This document shows positions 27,037-37,400 of a DNA stretch of 61,701 nucleotides, piece after piece. The notes beneath the pieces are model-generated. The model saw only the letters and a list, made by a program, of their open reading frames with translations, did no database searches and had not been told where the DNA came from. This stretch comes from a virus. Taxonomy: Duplodnaviria > Caudoviricetes. The translations under genes and the position numbers were made by a program. The stretch lies in the IMG/VR virus record IMGVR_UViG_3300043171_000134, positions 1 through 61,701 of that record, one strand, 5' to 3'. Every line of letters starts with the position of its first letter. Position 1 is the stretch's first letter.

Positions 27037-27282
27037 ATGGCGCGGAAAATTAAAAGCGGCGGCGGTGTGACAGCACCGACTACATTTGGTAATCGAAAAC
27101 CTGAAATATTCCAGCCGATAGGTGGAGCATTGCCGGCAATGGGTGAGCGAATGACCAAACGTGAAGCGCGACGGGCAGGAAAGCAAGCCAAACTCGATCA
27201 CAAAAGAGCATTCGACGCCGGCCAGATGAAAACGGCCAATGAATTGACCAAACGGATGAAGCAACTGAAAGAACTTTACTAG
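27037..27282 (+). CDS. Small basic protein
   Basis: GGGAG RBS; Lys/Arg-rich. Confidence 0.65.
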   Translation: MARKIKSGGGVTAPTTFGNRKPEIFQPIGGALPAMGERMTKREARRAGKQAKLDHKRAFDAGQMKTANELTKRMKQLKELY

Positions 27283-27293
27283 GAGAAAGTGAA

Positions 27294-27626
27294 ATGGCTG
27301 ACCCGACACAGCTAGACGGAATAAATTTTATAAATGATCAGGAACGGCAATATTTTGCGGAAGCCGTTATTGGGGAAGAAGTCAGGCAGTTTTTGGTTTC
27401 TTCTGTTGGCAAATTTTTACACGGGTGTGCTCATGCTGAATACGATAAATGTCGGGATGAAATGTTCGATATCGACCCGTACAGCTACGAAGGCAAAAAA
27501 GAGTACATGAGATTAAAGGCGAACGCTTGGGCGGCAGTACACTTTATGCAGTGGTGCGTCGAGGCGGTACAAAACGGCCAGAATGCGGCAACGCAACTGG
27601 AAGGTTATCGAGAAGTAGGAGAATGA
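27294..27626 (+). CDS. Hypothetical head-module protein
   Basis: AGGAG RBS; directly before the scaffold gene. Confidence 0.75.
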   Translation: MADPTQLDGINFINDQERQYFAEAVIGEEVRQFLVSSVGKFLHGCAHAEYDKCRDEMFDIDPYSYEGKKEYMRLKANAWAAVHFMQWCVEAVQNGQNAATQLEGYREVGE

Positions 27627-27627
27627 C

Positions 27628-28893
27628 ATGAACACAGCTACCCAACAGGGCGCGCAGTCACCGCTAGTAGCGAAGCCGACGCAGCAGCCTAATCCAGATC
27701 TCGCTATCAACGAAGTCATTGTCAAAGAAAGTCCACGCGACATTTCGATTGCCGCTATGTCTGAGCGCATGGAAGCAAATCGTATCGAGGAAATACAAGA
27801 ATCCATTGAGGCTGATCCGGGGTTGGCCGCAAATCAAGCCCGGATCGACAATCAAATTAAGGCCGCTAATCAGGAAGCTATTGAAGCTGGCCTGTTACCG
27901 GCCCCCGATCCCGATGGCGCTGCATCACGACAACCGATGCACACGCCAACCGAACCAAAACCGGCTCCGCTACCCGCAGATGTGGCAGCGGATCCGCTAT
28001 CTGAGTACATCGTCATGCAGGATGGAAAACCGATGTTTTCCACCAAAGTGAACGGACAGCTTCGGCTTATCCCGCTCGAAGATGCGCGACGCGAACTGCA
28101 GATAGGAACTGCTGCTGCCATTCGTATGAATGAAGCTACACGTTTGCATCAACAAGTGAGCGAACGTGAAGTGGCTATGTCGGCAAATGAAGCCGCCCTG
28201 GCACAACGCGTGGCAACAGCACCAGCAGTAATATCGTCAGTACCCGCTCAAACGGATCTGACGGAGGAAGACCTCTACGATGAGGCGAAAGAAATCTTCA
28301 GCACTGCTTTTACCGGCACTGAGGAAGATGCTGCTAGAAAGCTGGCGAAAACCCTAGTCAAACTTCGTGGATCTGTTACCCCTACGGCACAGATGCAACC
28401 CCGAGTGGACGAGCGGGCTATCGTTAGAAAGGCAGCGCAAGCAGCCGTAGGTGCAATTCAGAATGTCGAAAAAACGAAGGATGTTCGAACTGGATATGTG
28501 AAATTTCAGGAGGACTACCCGGACGTTATGGGCGACCCTGCGTTGTACAAGATGGCCGACAACATGACAGACGAAATTGAGCGAGAAAACCCAACGTGGC
28601 CGATCTCTCAAGTCATGGACGAAGCAGGAAAGCGAACACGCGCATGGGTGAATAAACTGAAGGGTGTTGAGCCAGATCCCCCGGATCCGCTACCACCCGG
28701 CAGTCAAAACATCGGTGTGCTACCGCAACCTCCCACCCAAGACCATCGTCAAGATCGTAAATCGGAGCTAGTCAGGATCCCCACAGTCGCCAGTGCAGCT
28801 GTGCATGAGCAACCTGTAGATGATGTTGAAACTGAACAGTCACCGCAGGAAGCCTTTGCACAACTGAAGGCATCGAGGGGGCAACCTACCTAG
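27628..28893 (+). CDS. Capsid scaffolding protein
   Basis: Helical and acidic, KVNG motif, immediately upstream of the major capsid gene. Confidence 0.75.
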   Translation: MNTATQQGAQSPLVAKPTQQPNPDLAINEVIVKESPRDISIAAMSERMEANRIEEIQESIEADPGLAANQARIDNQIKAANQEAIEAGLLPAPDPDGAASRQPMHTPTEPKPAPLPADVAADPLSEYIVMQDGKPMFSTKVNGQLRLIPLEDARRELQIGTAAAIRMNEATRLHQQVSEREVAMSANEAALAQRVATAPAVISSVPAQTDLTEEDLYDEAKEIFSTAFTGTEEDAARKLAKTLVKLRGSVTPTAQMQPRVDERAIVRKAAQAAVGAIQNVEKTKDVRTGYVKFQEDYPDVMGDPALYKMADNMTDEIERENPTWPISQVMDEAGKRTRAWVNKLKGVEPDPPDPLPPGSQNIGVLPQPPTQDHRQDRKSELVRIPTVASAAVHEQPVDDVETEQSPQEAFAQLKASRGQPT

Positions 28894-28921
28894 CATTTTT
28901 TGAAGCTAAGGAGGAATTGTC

Positions 28922-29845
28922 ATGGCCGGACAAGTTTGGCAGACAAACGCTTTGGGTGGCTTCATGTGGTCACCCAATCTGAGCCGCAAGCTCAGAACGG
29001 CTTTACAGCCAATGGTGCGCTTTCGTCAGTTTTGTGATGCCCGAGAGGCATTCGGAAAAGGCAAAGGCGATGTGTTCAACTGGAACATTTATTCAGACGT
29101 TGCTGACCAGGGTGGAACCCTGAACGAAACTGATGTAATGCCTGAATCGAATTTCACAATCACGCAGTCGAGTTTGACGGTGACGGAATTCGGCAACAGT
29201 GTTCCATACACGAAGAAACTGGACGATTTGAGTGAGCATCCGGTAACGGAAATCATTCACAAAGTCCTGAAGAACGACGCCCGGAAGGCGCTCGATTCAG
29301 CTGCAAATGCGCAGTTCGAGTTGACGCCATTACGCGGAGTTAGTACATCGGCTACGGCCGTCACGTTCACGACCAATGGAGTTCCCTCGGGAGCGCCAAC
29401 GAACGCGTTCAATGACGACCACAGCAAGATTTTCGCCGATGAGCTGACCGAGCGGGATATTCCAACATTCGACGGTAACAACTATATGGCTATCGCTCGA
29501 CCGACTACCCTTCGCCCGTTGAAGGATTCGCTCGAAGCTATCCATCAGTTTGTCACTGAAGGTTGGCATGTCATTATGAACGGCGAAAAGGGTCGCCACG
29601 AAGGCATAAGGTATTGCGAGCAGACGAATATTGCATCGGAAGGTTGGGCTTTATCCGATGGCATTTTCTTCTTCGGCTCCGATACTGTCGTCGAGGCGTT
29701 TTCGATTCAAGAGGAAATTCGAGGCAAGATCCCCACCGACTACGGTCGTTCTCGGGGCATCGCCTGGTACGCACTCTTGGGTTACGGGATTGTCCACACT
29801 GATGCTGTGCAAGCGCGCATCATCAAATGGGACTCAACTGAATAG
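28922..29845 (+). CDS. Major capsid protein (N4 gp56-like)
   Basis: 307 aa, strong AAGGAGG RBS; RFRQF, L.E...P, E.GN, GE.G..EG.R, D.GR...AWY. Confidence 0.88.
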   Translation: MAGQVWQTNALGGFMWSPNLSRKLRTALQPMVRFRQFCDAREAFGKGKGDVFNWNIYSDVADQGGTLNETDVMPESNFTITQSSLTVTEFGNSVPYTKKLDDLSEHPVTEIIHKVLKNDARKALDSAANAQFELTPLRGVSTSATAVTFTTNGVPSGAPTNAFNDDHSKIFADELTERDIPTFDGNNYMAIARPTTLRPLKDSLEAIHQFVTEGWHVIMNGEKGRHEGIRYCEQTNIASEGWALSDGIFFFGSDTVVEAFSIQEEIRGKIPTDYGRSRGIAWYALLGYGIVHTDAVQARIIKWDSTE

Positions 29846-29857
29846 GGAGGCTTAATC

Positions 29858-30262
29858 ATGCGGAATCAAAATTTCTATGACAATGCGGACAGCCGAACTT
29901 ATCGGTTTCCCGCTGTAACTGTGTCAGCAGCAGCAGTCATTGGTCGCATTGCCGGACCAGCTGGTAAGACCGGACGAGTTCGAGGAATCGAATATCTGGT
30001 TACAACCGGTGTGACAGTTGCGGCAGCATTGGTATCTGTTGGCGTCAATGGGGCAACCCTGCCGGCGTCGGTTTCCATTCCCATATTAGCAGCCAATCTC
30101 GGTGGCGGTCAGACCGACGCCGAAATTAAGGCGGCTGGTGCGGAGGAAGTCGCAGGAGTCAATGACGTCGAGCTGACGGCAGACACGACGATTGAAGTCG
30201 CGAGTGACGGCGGTGCAACAGCCGGTGCGGTGGATTTGATCGTTAAAGTTGACTGGTTCTAA
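29858..30262 (+). CDS. Putative capsid decoration protein
   Basis: Beta-rich, small residues; follows the capsid gene. Confidence 0.6.
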   Translation: MRNQNFYDNADSRTYRFPAVTVSAAAVIGRIAGPAGKTGRVRGIEYLVTTGVTVAAALVSVGVNGATLPASVSIPILAANLGGGQTDAEIKAAGAEEVAGVNDVELTADTTIEVASDGGATAGAVDLIVKVDWF

Positions 30263-30278
30263 CCGGGAGGTAGATGCC

Positions 30279-30551
30279 ATGAGAGTACAAGCAGGCCACG
30301 GTGGTGGTTTTAAGGGCGAGTATGTAGCGCCCGCGCACAAGGCATCAACGGTTCGAGGCTCGTTTATGAGTGATGATTCCGTTGGAGTTCGTGATGGCTT
30401 GGGAGCCAGAGCGGATTTCGACAGCGAATCTATCTTCGACTTCGAGATCAACAACCAAGTGTCTAACTCGGGTAATCCACGGTCTAGCATCGTGGGTCCG
30501 AGAGGCACTAAGTCGGTGCAGGAAAAAGGTCACACGTTCACGATGTGCTGA
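30279..30551 (+). CDS. Hypothetical protein
   Basis: GGAGGT RBS; ends before the terminator. Confidence 0.6.
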   Translation: MRVQAGHGGGFKGEYVAPAHKASTVRGSFMSDDSVGVRDGLGARADFDSESIFDFEINNQVSNSGNPRSSIVGPRGTKSVQEKGHTFTMC

Positions 30552-30558
30552 TCGCAGT

Positions 30559-30591
30559 GATCCGGGGGGGCCTTTCCCCCCGGATCTCTTT
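30559..30591 (+). terminator. Intrinsic terminator after the capsid genes
   Basis: GATCCGGGGGG/CCCCCCGGATC stem followed by TCTTT. Confidence 0.75.
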
Positions 30592-30606
30592 AACCGGAGA
30601 AATGTA

Positions 30607-30933
30607 ATGCCGAAATATAGAGTTCCCGTTCCGAAAATGAGCGAGTACACGAACGACAATCTGATCATTGGCCCGAACATGGTCGATGAGGACAACATGG
30701 CAGATGGTGTCGAAGCTCAATTTACTGCTCAAGCCTGCATCGAAGACGGATGCTCTGGTCAGAAGTCAATCGACACCTTGTATGAGAATTTCAGCCAGGA
30801 CATTGTTGATGTGCCGCGAAGCACCATCCCCGAACTTGCCGTGGGACGATCAGGTGTGCCGAATCACGAAGGCACGAATAATCCCGCGCCGCTTTGCACG
30901 GATCTTCATAACTATCCGCACAGGAGATATTGA
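30607..30933 (+). CDS. Hypothetical protein
   Basis: GGAG RBS before ATG 30607. Confidence 0.6.
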   Translation: MPKYRVPVPKMSEYTNDNLIIGPNMVDEDNMADGVEAQFTAQACIEDGCSGQKSIDTLYENFSQDIVDVPRSTIPELAVGRSGVPNHEGTNNPAPLCTDLHNYPHRRY

Positions 30934-30935
30934 AA

Positions 30936-31163
30936 ATGGCAAAGAAGAAAGTGAAGGCGAAAAATGTTTCGCATACGAAGGGTGAAGAAAACGTCACAAA
31001 GGAAGTCAGTGTCAGTGTGACTGAATCAGATCCCGAGCCAACACCGAAACCAGCCATTCAAGCCGAACCTACGATGAAAACCGTAGGCAAGGGCGGCTTT
31101 GTCGAGCTTCTGACCAAATCAGAATACGACAAGAAGTATGGCAAAAAGAAAGCGAAAAAGTAA
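30936..31163 (+). CDS. Lys-rich small protein
   Basis: AGGAG RBS; MAKKKVKAK...KKYGKKKAKK. Confidence 0.65.
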   Translation: MAKKKVKAKNVSHTKGEENVTKEVSVSVTESDPEPTPKPAIQAEPTMKTVGKGGFVELLTKSEYDKKYGKKKAKK

Positions 31164-31173
31164 ACCACCGGTA

Positions 31174-31218
31174 GCGGATCCGCTCGTTCGCGTCCGTGGG
31201 GGCGCGAAGGGATTCCGC
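31174..31218 (+). promoter_or_regulatory. Intergenic stem-loop
   Basis: GCGGA/TCCGC outer stem and TTCGCGTCC/GGGCGCGAA inner stem. Confidence 0.55.
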
Positions 31219-31274
31219 ATGATCAAACTTTCTGATTGGAAGAAAGAAAAAGCACAAGCCAAAGGAAAACGACG

Positions 31275-31571
31275 ATGAAAGTATTCGACCCCGACAGCGA
31301 TTACGAAAAGCACCGAGACATAAAAGGCAATGTTCATTTTGTGCAGAATGGCGATATATTTTCGGTAGGCCATGAGTACATAGGTAAAGCCGCAAAATCC
31401 AATGCCAGCAAACCAGTTCGGCAAAAGGAACAAACGGCAGAGCAGAAAAGCGCGAAGGATCGCGCCAGCGAAAAACTGAAAGGATTCAAGGAACCGGAAA
31501 TGCCAGGTGAAGTGAAGGATGCTCTGGCAGAAAACAAAGAGGCATTAGCAGCGGAGGAACACGCGGAATGA
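31275..31571 (+). CDS. Hypothetical protein
   Basis: AAGGA RBS; ATGA overlap with the adaptor gene. Confidence 0.65.
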   Translation: MKVFDPDSDYEKHRDIKGNVHFVQNGDIFSVGHEYIGKAAKSNASKPVRQKEQTAEQKSAKDRASEKLKGFKEPEMPGEVKDALAENKEALAAEEHAE

Positions 31572-32251
31572 GCACGTACCTCGAATTGGTCGATGATCTG
31601 CACTACAAAGTGGGTGCAGCTGGAACTGCGCCCGCAGGCGTGACAGGTCTGACTGGCGAGGCTCGCCGGCTTGCTCTTTGGATTCAAGAAGCCGACGAAT
31701 ATATTCAGCTGAAATATGTCAACTGGAAATATTTGTATCAGCAGTACAGTGTTGCGACCATTGCCGATACGCCGACTGCTACCAAACCGGCGCTATTGAA
31801 GTATTGGGATTTCAAAACATTCAAGCTCATTGAGCCGGGAGCTACGGAAAAGAATCCGCTCAGTGCGGTTGAATACGACAAGGTTAAAACCGAAATTTTG
31901 ACGCCGATAGCGGAGACTGATATTCCGAGTCGCGCCATTGTTTTGAACGACAACAATCTGCAATTCGATCCAGTGCCGGACGATGCTTACACTATCGAAG
32001 CAGATTACTACGACAAGCCCACCTTACTGGCGGCGAATTCGGACGTATCGCTTATTCCAGAGGAATATCACAAGGCGATATTGGGTCGGGCTATGATGTT
32101 GTACGCGAATTTCGAGAGCGCACCTGAGATCAAAGATCAGGGCGAAGAAATTTACGTCGAGCAGCTGGCCCTTTTGGAAAACGATCAGCTGCCGAATCAA
32201 GAGCATTCACGATTCAATACGGGAGCAGTGATCGAAGTAATCGCGGAGTAG
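31568..32251 (+). CDS. Head-tail adaptor / tail tubular protein A-like
   Basis: M.TYLELV, PVPD..YTI...YY..P..L, IPEEYH.AI; position. Confidence 0.8.
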   Translation: MSTYLELVDDLHYKVGAAGTAPAGVTGLTGEARRLALWIQEADEYIQLKYVNWKYLYQQYSVATIADTPTATKPALLKYWDFKTFKLIEPGATEKNPLSAVEYDKVKTEILTPIAETDIPSRAIVLNDNNLQFDPVPDDAYTIEADYYDKPTLLAANSDVSLIPEEYHKAILGRAMMLYANFESAPEIKDQGEEIYVEQLALLENDQLPNQEHSRFNTGAVIEVIAE

Positions 32252-32253
32252 CG

Positions 32254-34473
32254 ATGGCCGATCTGATTTACCCGGTTAAAGACAGACTACGCTCTCGTAG
32301 GGCTGTCACCAAGACGAGCTACTATCCGCTTGAGGGTGGACTGGATATTGTCACGCCGGCACTTTCCATCCCTCCTGGTCGTGCTATCGGCATGGTCAAT
32401 TTCGAGCCGTGGTATCAGGGCGGCTATCGACGCATTCCCGGCTATGAGCGATTCGACGGCAGGCCCAAACCTTCTGATGCGTTATTCGACGGATTCGATG
32501 TAGATGATATAGCCGGCCTCACGTTGCGTGATGTAATCACTGGCGATACTTCTGGCGCCACCGGGGTTCTGTGTGGCATTTACGATGACAGTGCTGCTGG
32601 CGGTGTTTTTGGATCTGACACCATCGGTGTGACCAAAGTCGTCGGCACGTTTGTGGACACTGAAACGTGCAACGTCGGCGCGTTCACTATTGAATCAGAT
32701 CCGATCTCACTGTATGCGCCGGACGTTGATACGGAAGAAACCTTCCTGCTCGAAGCGGAGAATGTATATCGGGACGACATTTTAGAAGTACCAGGAGCCG
32801 GACAGTCCAGCGGAGTGTGGCAGCGCCTCGCCGATATTTACGCGATTCGCGACAATGTAGGCGTAACTGCGGGAATCCTGCACAAGGCCACCACATCGGG
32901 ATGGGATACCGCTCCGATCACGATGGCCGAGACAATCCGCTTCGATGCAGCTTTAGCAGCTGGTCAAGACGTTGTTGAAGGCGATACTCTGACCGGAGGT
33001 AGCAGTGGAGCAACCGGGACCATTCATCGGATTGTATTGAATGGTGGTTCAAACGCGTATGACGGGTCTGGTGAGGGATATTATGTCCTGACTGGTGTGG
33101 CTGGCGGTCCATTTACAGATAATGAAGCATTAGAGTCTCCCGCGCTAACACAAGTTGCTGATGCTGATGGTGTGAATTCGACATTTGCTTTTTCTCCGGG
33201 CGGTGTCTATCAATTCATCAATCATAACTACTTTGCCAGCTCGGCGACCTATCGAGTTTATGGTTGCAACGGTGTCGATCCAGCATTCGAGATTGATAAT
33301 GCCGATATCGTATCTCCGATCCTGATGCCGATAAACCCGGCAACCGGAGATCCCCCGACCAACAACACGCCGTTCCTGATCGAAGAACATCGAAATCATT
33401 TGTTTTTGGCATTCGAAGGCGGCTCCGCACAGCACTCTGTAGTTGGTGAACCGCTCGTTTGGAGCGGCTTTCTCGGGGCTGCCGAGTTCGGTTTGGGTGA
33501 TGAATTGACGGGCATGAACAGTGTTGTCGGTAACGTACTGGTGCTCTCGACCACGCGTGAGACTCGCGGCCTGTATGGCACATCGTCCTCAGATTGGGAA
33601 CTCAGGATCGTGGCAGAACAATCCGGCAGTCTGCTGTTTGGATCTCAGAAGATCGACACGGTTTATTCGCTCGATGATCTCGGCATTACCAGTGTCGCCA
33701 GATCCGATCAGTACGGTGATTTCATATCGGCTACGGTGTCACAGCAAGTACAGCCGCTCGTCACTGCGCAACGTCCGCGATTTACCGACTCAAGCATTGT
33801 GCGTGAATCAAATCAATTCCGGCTGTACTTTGACGACAATAGTTTTCTGATCATGTATATCCCGGCCGGCACACAAACTGAGACACAGGTTCGCAGGCGT
33901 ACCGCGAAGTCGCCGGCAGAATTCGGATTCGGATCGTATGACTTTACAGTCGCCATGATTTACAACTCTGACGACGAAACAGGTAAAGAGCGTACTTATT
34001 TTGTCACCACCGATCCGATCAATGAAGGGTTCGTATTTGAGGATCAGATTGGCAAGAATTTCGACGGTGAAGAAATTTCATCATATCTTCGCACAGCATT
34101 TAATCACCTCGGTACGCCTACGCTCCGCAAGCGATTCCGGCGAGCGGACCTTGAACTGAATGCGCCACAAACTTTGTCACTCCAATTTTCCGAAGACTTG
34201 AGCTACAGCACTGCGGAAGTTTCGAGTGGTATTACAGATTTAGAGACTGTGGATATTGCGGAAGTCGATATTTTCGGCGGTGGTGGTTTCTGGAATGACG
34301 TAAATTGGGACGATTTTCTGTGGGATGGCACTGCTATCGCTACAGCCCGCGCAGATCTATCCGGCACAGGCGAAAATGTCAGCTTTCTAATATTCAATGA
34401 ATCAGCGAAAGCAGCAGCTTGGGAAATGCAAGGCATCACAGTGCATTATGACCGTAGGAGATTGCAGCGTTGA
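32254..34473 (+). CDS. Tail nozzle / tail tubular protein B-like
   Basis: GGL, N.E....GGYRRI.GY, beta-propeller-like composition; position after the adaptor. Confidence 0.78.
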   Translation: MADLIYPVKDRLRSRRAVTKTSYYPLEGGLDIVTPALSIPPGRAIGMVNFEPWYQGGYRRIPGYERFDGRPKPSDALFDGFDVDDIAGLTLRDVITGDTSGATGVLCGIYDDSAAGGVFGSDTIGVTKVVGTFVDTETCNVGAFTIESDPISLYAPDVDTEETFLLEAENVYRDDILEVPGAGQSSGVWQRLADIYAIRDNVGVTAGILHKATTSGWDTAPITMAETIRFDAALAAGQDVVEGDTLTGGSSGATGTIHRIVLNGGSNAYDGSGEGYYVLTGVAGGPFTDNEALESPALTQVADADGVNSTFAFSPGGVYQFINHNYFASSATYRVYGCNGVDPAFEIDNADIVSPILMPINPATGDPPTNNTPFLIEEHRNHLFLAFEGGSAQHSVVGEPLVWSGFLGAAEFGLGDELTGMNSVVGNVLVLSTTRETRGLYGTSSSDWELRIVAEQSGSLLFGSQKIDTVYSLDDLGITSVARSDQYGDFISATVSQQVQPLVTAQRPRFTDSSIVRESNQFRLYFDDNSFLIMYIPAGTQTETQVRRRTAKSPAEFGFGSYDFTVAMIYNSDDETGKERTYFVTTDPINEGFVFEDQIGKNFDGEEISSYLRTAFNHLGTPTLRKRFRRADLELNAPQTLSLQFSEDLSYSTAEVSSGITDLETVDIAEVDIFGGGGFWNDVNWDDFLWDGTAIATARADLSGTGENVSFLIFNESAKAAAWEMQGITVHYDRRRLQR

Positions 34474-37400
34474 CTGTCACCAATCCTTATTACGAGTTTG
34501 ATCCCAACTTCACGCCGTTCACGAAGGCTCGCGCTGGCGACAACAATATTCAGTTTCAGTCGCTCCAAAACGCGTTTGACCTTTTGCCAGGTGATTCGGA
34601 TGCGCTGACGACAGACACGGCGATCTTTGCACCTGAGTCCGGATCGGGTAATTCCTATATCGTGACCATGCCTGATACGCGGACCTCGAATCAGGATGGC
34701 GACGGTGTTCGCTTCTTTGCGACTCACACAAACACTGGTTCGGCCTCACTGAACATTGACGGCATCGGCGCACTCGCTCTGGTGAATTGGACTGGCACAG
34801 TTTTGGGCGGCGGCGAGATCGTATCGGGCCGGCTCTACGAAATCCGGTACGACGCCACAAATGTGCAGTACGTAATATCCGCGTCAACCGAGGGTGCTAT
34901 TCAAGTCGGCTATGCCGAAGAATGGGCGATCAAAGCGGAAGATGTTCCGGTTTCTACCGCAGCTGGCGGCAATGGCACTACGGATTTCTCAGCATTCCAT
35001 TGGGCGCAAAAAGCATTGGCGACAGCGGTAAGCGGCCGGGTACTCACCGATATCAATACCGCAACGCCACCGACAACAGAAGGCGTTACGGGCGCGCATG
35101 AAATCTGGGATGCGGATCAAACCGACATTTTGCAACGATTAGGATTTGAAGGCAGCAATACGCTTGTTCTAAAAAACTTCATGCACGGTGGCGGTTTTCT
35201 AGTAGCTATCGAAGACGATACCGGCACAGAGCAAACATTGATCGAAACAGCAGATCTAGGGGGTGGCGATACATTTTGGACTGAGGTTGAAGCGTCAGCA
35301 GATATGGAGGGTTCTGATGGTGCGACTTCGTACACTGAAGTTTCACTTAATCTTGCAGTCGCGACTTTTGAGGGTGGCGCGGAGCTTGATACAGCACAAT
35401 TCCAGTCCGGCACATCTTCATTGTTTCTCGACAGATCACTCGATAGCTTCATTAGTTTCCCTGATATTCCCGCATTCGATTTTGGCACTGGCGATTGGAC
35501 TTTGGAAGGATATGCGAGATTAGCTTCGTTGCCAGCAGTCGGTTCTTCCAATGATCCCGGTTATTGCATGGTTTCAATTTGGGATGACGGCCTTGTTGAA
35601 CAGATCCGACTTGAGATCATTCGTGACGTCTTTGGTACGCGATTAAGCCTCTCGGGTGATGGATGGGGAGAATTAGGCACGATCAGCGGCGGTGTCGCGC
35701 TCAACACTTGGTTTCACTGGGCGATTACTCGAACGGGCGGCACTATCAATGCGTACTGGAATGGCAACCAAGAGACTAGCGATTTCGGGGCTGCTGCTAC
35801 CGACATGGGCGGTTCAGCAGCGCCGCTTCGTATTGGTCAATCGGATGGCATTGGAAGAACCGACTTCTTTGACGGTTGGATTGACGATGTTCGCTTGACG
35901 ATTGGCACTGCCAGGTACACCGGAACTGGCAGCATCACACCAGACAGTACGCCCTTCCCAACCAGCGGCCCGAGCACAGGATTCAAAGTAGGCAATTCAA
36001 CGATTCAAACAATTATTCGCGGATCTGGCGGCGATGCAGCTCAGACAATCACAGCTGCATTGGGTGGACTTGAAGTCAACAACACGCTCACAGGCGTGGG
36101 CATGGAGCGTGTTCTGACTGATTCGGATATCAGTAGTGGCGGCGCGGCTGTTGTTGCTCAATACAGGTTCGATAATGCAACTGCAGAAGCAGATCCCGGT
36201 AACGGCGACTTCCGCATGGACAACGCTACGCCGGCGTCCGTCACCGAGTTGTTTATCTCAAGCACGACCGACAACAACAACGACTTCGACAACATGCTCG
36301 GCTTCCTCAGTGCCGGCGATCAGATCTACATTCAGCAGGACGACGACGCTACGAAGTTCATTCTGTTTGATGTCACGGCGAACGTGGACAACACCGGCTG
36401 GTACTCAGTAGCCGGCACGGTGAACGCGAGCGGCACGATCTTCGGCAACAATGCCAAGTGTCACATTCTCTTACTGTTCGGTGGCACAGGTGGCGGCGGC
36501 AGTGGATCACTCACTGCTCCTGTTATCGCCCTGGCTGATATCAATACGGCGACGCCGCCAGCGGCAGAAGCCGTTACGGGCGCGTATGAGATTTGGGATG
36601 CCGATGAAACTGATCTGCTCGGCCGGCTAGGTTATTTCGCTTCGAACGACCTCGTACTTAGCAATCGAATGCACGGCGGCGAAGTCCGATTAACTGGTGA
36701 AGGTACGGGCGGCACACTTCGAACATTTTTCGTTGGCGATCCAAACAGCGTTACCGATATATCCGCAGTAACAAGTCTCAGACTTTTGGTCAACGCAGGT
36801 GCGGCAAACGCGATACAGGCAATAGGAAGCGGCGCGGTTCAGACCTATTACAACGACATAAAACGATTCGCCACAGCTGCCGGTGGTGTAGCTGTTTTGT
36901 ATGCCGATGGCAACACTGATGCCGAAGTTCGACAAATACATTTCTCACATCAAGACGGCACAGTTCGCGGTCGCATAGGACACGAAGCGAGCGATATTTT
37001 AACGATCCGTAATGAGGATCACCTGGGCGAGATCAATATAGTCCAAGAGGATGGGACCGGCGCTGATGTGATTGCATTCAGTTACGACGCCAGCAGCGGA
37101 CAGGTCGAACTCAATGCTGCGAACGTGGTGCGATTGGGATTCACTAATGGCGAGCAGGCATTCCGGGCGCAAGTCAACAGTTTTGCCGATGTTGCTCACA
37201 ATAATACTGTAGTTCTTCGGACCACAACTTCCGCGCTTGGGGGCGTCACGGTCAGCAATCTGCTGACTGGCGGCGGACTAGAGCGGGTGCTGACTGAATC
37301 GGATCTTCCCGGCCTGCAAGTAGCGGTGAAGAAGGCAGACACTTCCCGCGACACCACCACAACACTTGCTGACGATCCAGACCTTGCGATTACAGTCGAT

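Noticed and set aside
29843-29860. TAG readthrough fusing capsid to the next gene (likewise portal at 25941-25955), or amber recoding
   Set aside because: Both pairs are in frame, but each spacer holds its own strong RBS, other TAG-ended genes are out of frame with their neighbours, and long genes are intact under the standard code
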